From contig OU015568.1 of NCBI GenBank assembly GCA_907165135.1, positions 10,912,001-10,976,000 on the forward strand: a stretch of DNA of 64,000 nucleotides. The letters run 5' to 3'. How positions within the stretch are numbered: position 1 is the first letter of the stretch; each line of letters begins with the position of its first letter. Positions 49,094 to 61,405 of the stretch are shown here, one piece after another. The notes under the pieces were generated by a model that had not been told where the DNA came from, made no database searches, and saw nothing but the letters and a program-made list of their open reading frames with translations. The stretch comes from Oikopleura dioica. Taxonomy: Eukaryota; Animalia; Chordata. The position numbers and the translations under genes were made by a program.

Positions 49094-50514
49094 TTACAAA
49101 GCCATCGCATCCATGGGATTTGGCTCGTCAGGTTCTGGTTCGTGCTGCTTGCTTGCGAAGAATTTCTCCTTTTCGAACTTGAGTTGCTCTGCTTGAAGCT
49201 GGTTGGCTTCTTTTAGCAGTTTGTTGCGTTCGTTTTCGATCATGTTGAGTCTGTTCATTTGAGACTCCATGTTCATTTGGTGAATCCTTCCTTCTGCTCG
49301 GGCACCTTCCATGGCTTCGGCAAGTCGCTGAAGGAGCTTTGAATTGGTTTCTTGTTTGTTTTAGTAAAAAGAGTTTACGATCTATATAATATAGACTGTA
49401 ACATGGCTAAATACATCAAGGTCGTAAAAGTTAACCAACTTAATAAACAAGCAATTTAAGAAACCGTTCCTTGAGAGCTTGATTAGATGAAAGAGCTTCG
49501 GCACCAGAGCTCTCCTTATTCAAGTTTGTATTGTTGATCATCTCGATCTCCTCGTTGTTGTCAGGTTCGTTCTCCATCGGCGAGTGGTCGATTGAAAATG
49601 GAAAAGAATAAACGCTTCCAACGAAAGAGCCTTTATCTCTGAAGAAGCAATTTTAATTTCAAATACTTTATAGCTGGCGTTATATAAATGCTGTGACATA
49701 AAAAGTTATAAAAATAGATAGAGACGACGCCTGAAAGGATGAGGATTAATTGGACATAATTGGAGAAAAAGTACGAGTAATTTGAATTCTACAATCTGCT
49801 TACTTTTGGGGTCGGTAGATTTGCTTGAAAGCATGGTAGTGACGCATCTGCTTGACCTCTTCAAAGTTTTGCGTTTCATGGGCCTTGTGGAGTTTCTGTA
49901 GGTAAACCTTCTTTAGATTTCGATATTTTTGAGATGCGTCTCCCTGTGCCAAAGGCCCGTACTCGCTGAACAGATCGGTTCGCTCGCTGATGACTTGATT
50001 GAGTCGACGCGCGCAGTCCCGCCAGAACTCGGACTTTGTTATTCGCGGTGTGCCGTCCGTGGAGATACGAGCGTTCGCCGGCTCATTGTCGCGGAAGATC
50101 TGAGAATAATTGTTTATGACCGGCTGGTCAGACGCTCGAGCGGCATCATCAAAAGGAATCAATGGAACGCTTCCCGATGAGTCATATAAATTCATGAAAT
50201 AGTTTTTAATGAATAACTTACATGTCGGTTTTCAAGCGAGTATTTCATCAGCTCGACTTCAAGAAGATAGTCACCCGGCTTCCAAATTGATTCGTTTGGT
50301 TTCATGGGTTTCAGAGTCGGTGGAGCTGCAGTCGGTGATTCCTTCGCGTCCATTGCTGCTTGCCAAACAACGAGATCATTCATCAGCACTTGATTGACGG
50401 ATGAGCCCAGTAAAATATTTGGCTGTGTGGTTACCCTAACTGTTTTTTGAGAATTCTCGGTTGTTATCGCAGGCTTTGTTAGACCGGTTGGCAGAGGGTA
50501 GATCTCAATGGCTC
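49094..50514 (-). CDS. Myb/SANT-like protein (copy 2)
   Basis: Identical ORFs to copy 1. Confidence 0.55.
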
Positions 50515-52312
50515 TGAATAAAAGAGTTAGTCAACCAGTAGACGAGATAAAGGAAGTAAGCTGTTCCGTTTTACGCTCGGGAAACATTGAAAAATGGACT
50601 CAGATTCCGAGCTTTGGACTCCGATTATCATGAATACCTCTACTAAGTATGACAAATAAATCTAAAATTAGTTTTAGAGTTCCAGTTGATATGTTAACCA
50701 GAATAAACAATCTAAAATTAAGAAAAATACTTTTTTGCTCCTTCGTACGAGTGCGTCTCTAAATATAAGTCCTTACGCTCCAGAGATTATATCGAAGGGA
50801 AGCGGGTTGTCTTATATAATATTGTTATGTAAATTATGATACTATATAAGTCGAATTAAATCGTAAAATTGCGAAAACCTTCTGCTATCTTGACTAAAAC
50901 TCTCTTCGAAAACGCACCGATCGGTAGTAAAAAGTGAATTTTTTGGTATGTTTTCGTTGCTCATTGCGCACCGCTTGGGAGTCGTAAAAAAAAGAAAGGA
51001 AAATCTCAACTACCCAGCCGGTAAAAAGTGATCGACCACCGTGGATCATTGTCTAGAAAGAGCATTATTTGAGGCTGTTGCGAAACGCATTATGATCCCA
51101 CGAGTCACCTTAGTGCCATCTGAGGAAGTGCGGCAAAATTTACCATTAGGGACCTTACTTTTGGAAGTTTTAGCTTGAATGATTTTCTATGTTGTTTTGT
51201 TCTCTTTGTTATTTTCGTTGAGAGTGCGCGGTGTTTCCCCTCGAGGCGTGTACGTGTGTGTGGGGCAGTGTGTGCCTGGCTCGCTATTTCAGTGTTATGA
51301 GTGCCCTCTCGCGCCGCATCTGGTTGGTGCCGCCCGTTCCCCAGTGCGTAACGTTTCAGCGCGCGCTGATGGAACTGGCGGTGCTGCCCTGTGGCGTGTG
51401 ACCTCTTTTCTCTCCCTTTGCATCGGCCAGCTGACGTAATGGCGTCCTGCCATGCTTATCTTAAGAGTTTTCTTGAATCAGTGATGTCCCGCGGCGCGTG
51501 ACCACCGCGCGCGCGCTACAGGCCCAGAACAGAAGGCCAGAGGTCGATCTTTGTTTGAACAATCATTCACACGAAGGAAAAAGGAAACCAAAAATAACAT
51601 GAACCCGAAAGGAAACTGAGTCCAACAAGTAAGTTCAGGAAATGGCAGCAAATCTGGCAATTTCTTCCTGAAAATAGGAGTCTGATACTATTACCCCGCA
51701 TCAACCAAAATCGGAAATCAATACGGAGCGGTTGTACGGACGAGCATGCGTTCTTATGAGAGAGGCTATCGATTTTGAGTGGGACAAGTTTGGAAGCTTG
51801 TTATGAAATGATTGTGAAGTGGAAATTCTCATGACACAATTGTTATAAAGTAGTCGTTATGAAATTAAATGACGTGCTTATTTATATTTCAAAAACTTGA
51901 GCTAAAGTTCTTCATTATCAAAAGGTAACGTATGATGATTTGATGACGTTTTCGAAGTAAACGTATTGTGTCGAATGTCAAGAATTACAATAAGAATACC
52001 GGACTCAAAATATGTTATACTTTGAAACTGAAAACCTAGTTTCATTCAAAAAATCAAATCTGTTTTTCCCTGTCTTCAAAATTGGAGCCCGGGTTACACT
52101 TTGTGCTCCAAGCAAATAAAGCTGAAAATCTCTGCAAATTTGCACAAAGCGGTTGGTTGCGTGCTTATTCCTGAGACAACAATAACGCCTTGAAATAGCC
52201 CAGTCTTCTCGAAGGGGCTATTTTTTGTGTTTAGGGTGATAAGTTACATATTAGTATTTAAGTTTTGAACAGGACAGGTAATTGTAAGTTAAATGCAGAA
52301 TTACGTCTAAAT

Positions 52313-55300
52313 TTAATAGCTTCGTCCGAACATGGTGACAGCCTTCACTTTTCGCTCGCATCCAGGACAGATACAGGCCTTTTCGTTCTCAGTCAGTTCT
52401 CCCTTTGGTGCGAATGGCATGCACAATCCCTTCGCTCCCATGGATGGAGCTCCTGCTTCTACGTCTAAACCAGCAGAGGACAGTTCCTTGATTCTGTCTT
52501 CGCATTCTGGCAAGTCACAATAAGGAGCTTGAATGAGCTTGCCCTGGGAGAGGGCACCGCAGAACTCCTTCCACGCACGATCATTTTCATCCTTGACGAT
52601 ATTTTCGGTAGTAGAAACTCGAACAAGGTTCTCGTTTAGTTCTCTCTGAGCCTTCTTGAACATGTCAGATTGGATGTTATCCAATGTTTCCAAAACAGTA
52701 TTCTTCGCAATGAATGGGACAGTAAGAATGCCGGAATGAGTAACCTAGAATTAACATAAATCTGACGAATAAAGAATTATTCCCTACCTTCTCCATGGTA
52801 TCTCGTCGAGCAAAGACGGCCGTATTTGCTTCAAGATCCTTTGGTCCGATTTCGATTCGGAGTGGGACACCCTGGAGCTCCCAGTCGTTGAACTTCCACC
52901 CGGGCTTCTTGTCATCTCGGAGATCGGCGTGAGCTCGAACGCCGAATTCTTAAAAATAACTTCTTTAGACGTCATTTCATATTTTAAATTACCCTTGAGC
53001 TGAGTTTCAAGCGCCTTGCAAGCACCAAAGAGTGCTGCTTTGTCCTCTTCAGTTTTGGTTGCTCCGCAAGGAACGATGACAGCTTGGTATCGAGAAACCT
53101 TTGGTGGGATAACCAGGCCCTTGTCATCAGCGTGGACCATGATCAAAACACCAATAGTTCGGGTTGTAATGCCCCACGAGTTCTGGTAGGCGAATTCTCG
53201 AGCACCCTTGCCCTTCGACTCGTCCTCGAATGAGATGTTGAACATTTTCGAGAAGTTCTGGCCAAGATGATGAGAAGTGGCACCTTGGATAGCTCGCCCA
53301 GCAGCCTTGATGTAAGCTTCGACAGTGGTAGTGTAGTCGCCACCAGCGAACTTTTCTTTGATCGTCTTCTTTCCGGGAACCGTGGGAATGGCGAGGAGAT
53401 CTTCGTAAACCTGTCGATACAAGTCCAAGATCTGCATAACTTCTTTCTCGGCTTCAGGCTTTGTGGCGAAAGCGGAGTGACCTTCTTGCCAAAGGAACTC
53501 TCGAGTTCGAAGGAACGGAGTTGGATGTTTGAATTCCCATCGAACAACATTGCACCATTGGTTCATTTTGATTGGAAGATCTCGGTGAGACTGACATCGT
53601 TTTGCGTATATCGGGTACATAACAGTTTCGGAAGTGGGTCGAATGGCGATAGGTTCAGCAAGCTCAGTATCACCAGATTTAGTTACCCAGGCGACTTCAG
53701 GGGCGAAGTCCTCGATGTGCTCCTTCTCCTTTTCAAGAGCAGCTTGAGAGACAAACATGGGGAAGTAGCAGTTCTCGACTCCGAGTTCCTTGATGTTCTT
53801 GTCGAAAAAGTCCTTGATATGCTCCCAGATATTGTAAGCAGCGGGAAGAAGAACATAGCAGCCAGACACATCGTAGTACTCAATCAAGCCTGCCTTGGTG
53901 ATGGTCTGCTGGAACCAGGTTGGCAGATCTTCGTCTTTCTTGGCTTCAACTCCAAGGCGAGTTTCGCCCTTCTTTGGGGCTTGAGCTTGCTTGGGAGCCT
54001 TTTCTTTCTTGGCAGGCTTAGCTGCTGGTTTGGCAGCGGGTGCAGCACTAGCACCTCCAGTTGGTGGTTTGTTGGCGTCATATTTCTGACCTGATGCAGC
54101 TTCATATTTTACTTTTCGGTCTTTCAATTCCCCTACTGCAGCCGTGATGTCTTCTTTCGAAGCCTTTTCAGCCTTGAGCTTTCGAACCTTCTCTCCCTGC
54201 TCGACGGTGTGTTTCCACAAGTCCATATGTGGGCTAGCAGCGGAAGTCGCGGCAGCGGCAGGTACAGGAGCAGCAGCCGATCCACCAGCAGGCTTCTTGT
54301 TGGCGTCGTAGTCGGTACCTGATACTTTCTTGAATGTCTCTTTCAATTCTTTAAGTTTTCCGACGGCAGCCATGATTTCATCCTTTGATGCTTTCTTGGC
54401 TTTCAGTTCTCTGAATCACAGAGTAAACATGACTTATCGATAATGATTTGGCCTACCTAACAGCGTTTCCTTGGGCAGTAGTAGCTTCCCAGGCAGCAAG
54501 AGCTCCAGAGGGAGCTGCGGAAGTAGAGGCCGCAGCGGGAGCACTGCCAGCTGGTTTCTTTTTCGCATCATAGTCGGATCCAGTTTTTGCCTTGAATTCC
54601 TTCTTCCCTTCAAGGAGTTTGGTAACAGCAGCAGTTACTTGGTCCTTTGGTGCTTTGGCAGCTTTGAGTTGACGGACAGCATCGCCAAGTTTAGTGACTT
54701 CTTCCCAAAGGGCAAGATCACCAGAGGAAGAAGCGGGCGCAGCGGCAGCATGAGCAGGCGCAGGAGAAGCACCACTAGCGGGCTTCTTATTCGCATCATA
54801 ATCCTGTCCAGTCTTGGCCTTGTAGTTCTTCTTTCCATCAAGTAGTTTGTCCACAGCAGCTTTGACCTGGTCTTTAGGAGCTTTGGCGGCCTTGAGGTCT
54901 CGGACTGATTGCCCTAGTTTAGTAACCTCCTCCCAGAGAGCGAGGTCACCACCAGAGGCAGCGGCTGAAGCAGCTTGATCGGGGACTGGAGCAACTCCAC
55001 CAGTAGGTTTCTTGTTAGCGTCATAATCTTTGCCAGTTTTAGCCTTGAAATTCTTCTTGGCTTCGAGAAGCTTGTTCACGGCGGCTGTAACTTGATCCTT
55101 CGGAGCTTTAGCAGCTTTAAGATCTCGGACAGCAGTGCCGAGCTTGTTGACTTCTTCCCAGAGTGCCAACTCAGACGAGGCACCTCCTGCTGCAGGGGTA
55201 GTAGGAGCGGAAGCACCACCAGCGGGCTTCTTTTAGCATCGTAATCTTGTCCTGTCTTTTCTTTGTAGTTCTTCTTTCCCTCGAGAAGTTTGTTCACAGC

Positions 55301-57684
55301 AGCCGTGACCTGGTCTTTAGCAGCCTTAGCCGTCTTGAGTTCGCGGACAGCATCGCCAAGTTTGGTAACTTCCTCCCAAAGAGCGAGGGCATCTCCGGCG
55401 GGCTGTGCGGGAGCAGCAGCAGCTTGACCGGGCGCAGCTTTCTTGGTGCCTTTTCCTCTAACTTGCTCTTTCGCTGGTTGGGAAGCTTGCTTGGCTCCAG
55501 TCTTTGCGACTTCCTTCGTTCGGCCGTCTGGAATTGAGAAGAGAATAGCTGGAGTCTCCTGGAAAGTTGCACCGTTGGCTGGCTTGTAGGGTTGATCGAC
55601 TCGATAGAATCCACGTCGCTGGATCTGGATGATGTCACCTTCTTTGCAGTCTCGCAACTGTTGGTCGCAAAGAAGATTCTCAGCTCGTCGCGAGTCTCGG
55701 TTGATATAGTTTTTGAAGTCATCATCCTTCTCCAAAATAGCCTTGGTCATAATGTTGTCAAAGTCAACAGCAACGGCTGGGGTGAGCTTGCTCTTTGGAT
55801 GCTCGGCGAGCCAAGTGATCTTCATGGTCTTCTTGAAGTCCTTGTTATCGAGGTTGAGCTTGGCGTCGACTCCGGTGATCTTGCCATTGGCCTTATTGAC
55901 CTTGGTGATGAGAAGATTGCCCCAGTTGATGAAGGTAACGTTCTCGCCTTCCTTGAATCCCTCAGCATCGGCTGACTCAATGAAAACAGACTTCGAGAAA
56001 AACATATCTTTCTCGCCAACATCTGGGTTTTTGGGATGGAAAGGAGCCTTCTCAATCTTTTCCTTGGCATCGGTAACGTTGACCTTGACAAGTCCACTAT
56101 CGAGAAGACCGAAATGACGAGGAGCAATCGGGTCGATAACCTTCTTGTTGAATGACCAGATTTTGTCCCATTCCATAGTAACAATAGCACGAGAAGAGCC
56201 CTGAGCCAAGATGAACTCGGTGAGTCCCTCAACAGTCATACCACGGCGGAGAACACCACGGACAGTTGGCATTCGAGGATCATCCCAGCCATCGACAACT
56301 CCCTCGTCGACGAAATAAGTCAACTTTCGCTTAGAAAGAACAGTGTTCTGAAGATTGAGTCGCGAGTAAGCCCAAACATGGGGTCGTCGAATGTTCAGAG
56401 CGTCAATGAACCAAAAGTACTGGTCGTCACGATCAAGATACTCGGTTGTTCTAAGAGCATGAGTGACACCCTCAACGGAGTCGACAATTGGACAAGCAAA
56501 GTCATAAGTTGGGTAAACTCGGTACTTCTTGCCATGTCGTGGATGAGCCTCGTGCTTGACTCGGTAGATGACAGGATCACGGAGGGCACCGTTGTTGCTA
56601 GCGTAGTCGATCTTGGCCCGAACACAAGCATCAAGTACGGTACCGTCTTGCATTCCTTGCCAGAGCTTCATGTTAGCGTCGACGGAGTTACCCCGGCAAG
56701 CACTAGGAAGCTTGTTGGTTCGCTGCTCTGTCATAACCTCTGGTGGCGAATTATCGCAAAAAGCCTTGCCCTCTTTGATCAGCTGATCGCAGTACTTGAG
56801 CATAAGCGGGAAGTGATCAGAGGTGTAGGTAAACATGTCAGGCTTGATCTTTAGGAGTTTCACGTCCTCGAGAATGATCTTCTCAAAATCCTCCTTTTCT
56901 TTAGCTGGATTTGTATCGTCAAATCGGAAGACAAGTTTTCCTTTGAATGCTCGTTGGTAATGAGCGTTGAGAAGAGCTGCTTTAGCGTGGCCAATATGAA
57001 GATATCCTGAAGCTTCTGGTGGAAATCGGGTAACAACTTTTCCCATCTCAGCGCCGGGAAGCTCGACAAAAGTACCCTCCTTCTTTCGACCGCCATCTGT
57101 GACCTCAACTTCGGCCTTCTTGTCAGATTTATTGGCAGGTTCAGCGAGTTTAGCTTGCTTGACTGGAGCCATTTGCTGGATGTGATTGAACCAACGGTTT
57201 ACATTGATGAACTTTTCAGACGATCCAGACCAGGCGGCTTGATCGCGAACATACGCGAAAAGAAGGTAATCAGCCACAGTGAGTTCATTACCGACAACAA
57301 ATGTTCGATAGAGAAGAGTGCTGTCTAGCTTTGCGATATCTCGATCGAAGCTTAATTTCTGCATTTAGCATATAAAAGTAGCGAGTTTGAGCTACCTGAA
57401 TCGTGCACCAACGCGCATAAAATGATCGACCTCAGACTGTTTGAGAAGATCGTTAGTGTAAAGCTCGTTCTTGCCGGTACGAGCGAGCATACGCCCAATA
57501 GTCGGGACATGTTCAACCTCGGAACCAGAGTTCAGCACAAGCTTTGTTGCTTTGCCTTCTTCAACGGCTTTTAGCTGCGCTCTAATGGATGTGTAAATAC
57601 AAAATAATAAAAATCGAAAGCGTACTTGAAAACGGAGGATAGAATAATACCCGGATTGTCATTTTGTCCGACTATGAGCTTCAT
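52313..57684 (-). CDS. EPRS1: Bifunctional glutamyl-prolyl-tRNA synthetase (GST-like, GluRS, 6 WHEP, ProRS)
   Basis: ATG at 57684; [20 protein letters not shown] (HIGH), RFDDTNP, LSKRKL, six WHEP helices, [42 protein letters not shown]-terminal FGRSY. A 1-bp frameshift lies at 55231-55234. Confidence 0.97.
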
Positions 57685-58027
57685 GAGACGTCTCGATATA
57701 CGAAGAATGCTTAAAGCCTTCTAAAAGGAAACAAATTTAGTTTCTAAGCGGAGAAAAAGTCGTCTTTATAAAGAGCTTTGAATGCAACATTTCGTCAGGA
57801 CGCCCACGCGCAATTGAAAAGTCATTCAAAATTCAAACGGAATTACGAACTCATAAGAACACGATTATTTGCTTTGATTGAAATCTAATGAAACGAAAAA
57901 ATCGAGTCAAGTCTTGACTCAAGATCGGGACCTGCTAACGTAAGAACTGCAAGATATGAGTCAGTATGTTCGGTCAGAAGATGTTTATTCCAACAACGAA
58001 AAAAGGCAACCGCAAACACGACACAGT

Positions 58028-58840
58028 TTAATAGATTCGAGTGGGCTTGCCCATGGTGGACTTGACGTAGAGAGCCTTGACGTTCTGCCAGTTCTTCTTG
58101 AGGAGGGAGACCAAGAAGTTGATGGACATGGTGAGGTTGTTGACGAGCTGATCGTCGTTCATGTCGACGTTACCGACGGCAACGTTGAGGCAGAGGACCT
58201 TCTTCATCTGGAACTTAATGGTAGCCTTGATTTCGTTGACCTTGGCCTCCATCGATTCGCTGTGGGTCAACATGGTGGGGAACTTACCAGCCTAGAATTT
58301 TATTAGTTAGTGAGGAGTGGACTTAGTTTGAATCTTACCTTGTTGAGACCGGGACCGAGAAGTCGAGGAATCTGCTTGATGATGGTCTCGGAAGCGAGGA
58401 AAGCATCGTAGCTCTTGGCGAGCTTCTTAACAAGCTTCTTGTCCTTGTTGAGCTTCTTGAGATCGTCAGTGGACTTGGAGTCGACACCGATCTTGTTGGC
58501 CTCATCGATATGGGCGGCATCACCGATGATGCAGATCTTCTGCTTTGGTCGGGGGACGTTGGGGAGCCTTAACTCCGATTTAGTCGGGAAAAATCCCTCC
58601 CCTGAGATTTAAGACTCCGGGTGCGAGTCCGTAACCATGTGAAAGGCTACTACTAGAATCATTCTAGTTCGAAGAGACTTACTTGACGGTACCGCTGAAA
58701 CGCTTGTCTTTTGCGGGATCGTAGTTCTTGAGGGTGATCTGAAGCTCAACAGTCTCGAGGAAGTTTCGCTTCTTCTCGGCAGAGCCCTTGAGGAGAGCAT
58801 CGACAGCTTCGTAAAGAGTCTCTCGGGAGACCTTGGACAT
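58028..58840 (-). CDS. RPL10A: 60S ribosomal protein L10a (uL1)
   Basis: [13 protein letters not shown]...[25 protein letters not shown] | LPNVPRPK...[11 protein letters not shown] | AGKFP...[11 protein letters not shown]. Confidence 0.98.
58573..58606 (-). promoter_or_regulatory. Putative uL1-binding rRNA-mimic RNA element (L10ARE-like) in an RPL10A intron
   Basis: Sense strand CUCAGGGGAG-GGAUUUUUCC-CGACUAAAUCGGAG has the GGGAGG...CCGAC..RAAAU core of the L1 stalk. It abuts the 3' splice site of intron 58568-58682. Confidence 0.55.
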
Positions 58841-59080
58841 TTTGTATCCGGTTTCTTATCTAAATAGAGCGAAGGTTAGCTACGGAAAGTGCCGGATATC
58901 TCTCAAAGGGGCAGCGGACTTCAGCGGGGAGTCCAGTTTGAGCACTCTAACTGGTGCAAAACGGGCTACAGGGGAAGTAGCTGCCTACACATTTAGAGAC
59001 GCGGCTTGAGGGTTTTTAGCAAAGGCTCGCGCCTTTATTTAGGCCCAGTCTGGCAGGAAAGGGGGACAGAAAAGAGTAAT

Positions 59081-59491
59081 TTATTCCTCATCCTCTTCCT
59101 CGTCCTGGTTGATCTGGAAGTACTTGAGCTCGTAGGAGGCCTTGGAGTTGGCGACGACTCGGAGCCAGTCTCGGAGGTTGTTGGCCTTGACACATTTTAG
59201 ATTTTTGAGACAATTATCAATTTTTACCTTCAAGTACTTCTTGGCGAGATATTTAAGGTATCGCTTGGAGAAGTCGATGTCGGAGGTGACGTTGATCTTG
59301 GTCTTGTTGGAGGTGACGGAGACGTTCTTGCCGAGGTTGCCAACCTTGCCGTCAACCTTGATCTTCTGCTTGAGGAACTCCTCGAACTTGGAGATGGACA
59401 TGATGTTGTCCTCAACTGGGTGGTGGCAGTCGATGTGGAAGGTTCGGATAGTCTTCTTGGACTTCTTGCCCTTAGCTGCCTTGGGAGCCAT
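59081..59491 (-). CDS. RPL22: 60S ribosomal protein L22 (eL22)
   Basis: [14 protein letters not shown]...[11 protein letters not shown]...[15 protein letters not shown] | [12 protein letters not shown]...YELKYFQI; 42-nt intron at 59186-59227. Confidence 0.98.
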   Translation of the reverse strand: MAPKAAKGKKSKKTIRTFHIDCHHPVEDNIMSISKFEEFLKQKIKVDGKVGNLGKNVSVTSNKTKINVTSDIDFSKRYLKYLAKKYLKVKIDNCLKNLKCVKANNLRDWLRVVANSKASYELKYFQINQDEEEDEE

Positions 59492-59881
59492 GTTTTAGCC
59501 GATATTCAAGTCTAAAAATTAATCTTATTGGGATTATTTCTCTTTTCTATAGGTAAAAAGCAGGCGAAACTTAAAGATGGCCCATAAAATGTCTCTTAGA
59601 AAAAAGAACTTGATTTCTCTTGCACAAAAACGTTAGAAAGGCATTTTACCACGTGCGCGCTACGCGGGAACTCAGTGAGTGGTCGGCCCGGCCAATGAGG
59701 AAACGCCCGCTGCAGCGCGCCGCGACGCCGGAGGACCTATTTTTGATGGAAGAATTGGCGCTGGAAAAAAAAATGAGAAATCAAGGAAGACCATTCAAAT
59801 TTCGGATTTTCGAAGAAAAGTCTTCATAAAAAGGCTTTTTTTGAAGAAACTGAGATTTTTTCTGGGCGAAATGACGTTTTA

Positions 59882-61208
59882 TTAAATTTGAAGAACAGTT
59901 AAAATATTTGGCACAATAAAATTCGAATTGAAACCGACAGAACTCCTAGTCATGTTCCACGTTATCAAATCGAGTCTTCCAAATAATTTATATAGAATAT
60001 GACTTCTAAAACAATCCTCAAAAGTGTTATGTTTTTCTTTGAAATAATACTTTGAAGACATCGATCTATGGTTGATAGTTTGTGAAAGTTTATCGAGAAA
60101 AGGCTGGCTGGCGTAACAATTTAGATCGTTCAATAAAAAGCCTATTATTAGATGAATATTGTCACGGCTGAGAATCGACTTTATATCAGATGTTTTGAGC
60201 GCTTTTTGGAGTATTTTCAGACGATCGGATACAAGCTCCTGAAATTCGTTCATTGAAAGAAGAAGTGTCAGTGTTGCGATCATCTTTGGCTCATGATCTG
60301 GCCTCGTTTCTAAAGAATAATCATCAAAGCTACTTCTGGGAACTAAAATCCAACCTTTGGACGACTGATAAAGTGCTAGAAAAATCAAGGAAGAGCACCC
60401 AATCGACCAGAAAACGTCACTCATGATTTCTTTCCACCAAGGCGTCAGAAATCTGTCCGAATCTCTGATGAACTGTGCTAGCCAATTTCTCGTTTGATTA
60501 ATTTCCATGCCACTTTCAAGGCAACCAGATACAATTTGTCGTTCTGGAGCGCTGACAAAGAGGACTTCTCCGTTTAGACGATTTGTGTACAGCTTCACGA
60601 TAGACTTCTGCTTGTTCGATACAAGATCTCCCCAGAATTTGATGCTTGCTCTTCTGAAAACGAAAAGGTTTGATCCTTCTTTTACTTAAAATTTCCATCC
60701 TACCTGTGCGCTCTTCCAACGAAGGTCAAAAAGGAAGTGAAGCAAAATACTGAAGCAAGCAGGGTCAAATGGATTTTCCCTAGAAAATCGGCTCTTGGAA
60801 TTCCAGCAGGATTATTGTAAACGAATGGAGATTGATAACTGTCGAATAAATTCATAAGGCTTTTGAGAAGATATGATTCTGATTCAGAAAGCTCATTGAA
60901 AAGATCTTCTCGGCGAGAATAATGCGAAAGGTTCACAAAGTGAACGTAGCCAAATGTCCCGCCAGTGGATGTTATCTTTAGCAAGGCTTTGAAATTGCAA
61001 ATTATCATTGAAGAAATCAGTTGATATTTATTTGTATTTGAAGCCGTGTCAGAAAGACTGCTTTTCGAAGATTTCTCTTTCTCTGCGCCAAAGTCACCTT
61101 TTCGAAGTATTCATCAAACAATGCTTGCTTATTTTGCTTTTCAGACCGATATCTAGTGAAACGGGACCTCTGAAGATGTCGGGCTCCTTTCAATAACCGA
61201 CATCCCAT
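59882..61208 (-). CDS. Hypothetical multi-exon protein
   Basis: ATG at 61208 with an Arg-rich N-terminus; ORFs 61017..61208, 60700..61008 and 59882..60598 separated by intron-sized gaps. No family recognised. Confidence 0.5.
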
Positions 61209-61405
61209 CGATTCAAAATCTTGAAATCAAAGAGGAATAACTCGTTCATTTTCAAGTTGCGTGAAGTTCTTTTTTTGTACGCGTAGGTCAAGAAGTGTGT
61301 TTTAGGTATTATCCGTCAGGTGATAAATATGAATTAGTGTCATAATTTTTGAAGTCTAATAATTTAATTACAGTGAGAAAGAGACACACTAAAGAATCGT
61401 GCTAG

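Larger units (their letters stand above)
47782..55724. repeat. Tandem segmental duplication, copy 2 (7943 bp)
   Basis: Differs from copy 1 by three isolated 1-bp homopolymer deletions and one ~140-bp divergent patch. Confidence 0.97.

Noticed and set aside
58607-58682. snoRNA in the RPL10A intron
   Set aside because: No convincing C/D (RUGAUGA, CUGA) or H/ACA boxes were found.
59186-59227. 14-aa insertion ([14 protein letters not shown]) in RPL22
   Set aside because: It is a stop-free 42-nt GT-AG intron; removal restores the conserved [10 protein letters not shown]. Retention cannot be shown from DNA.
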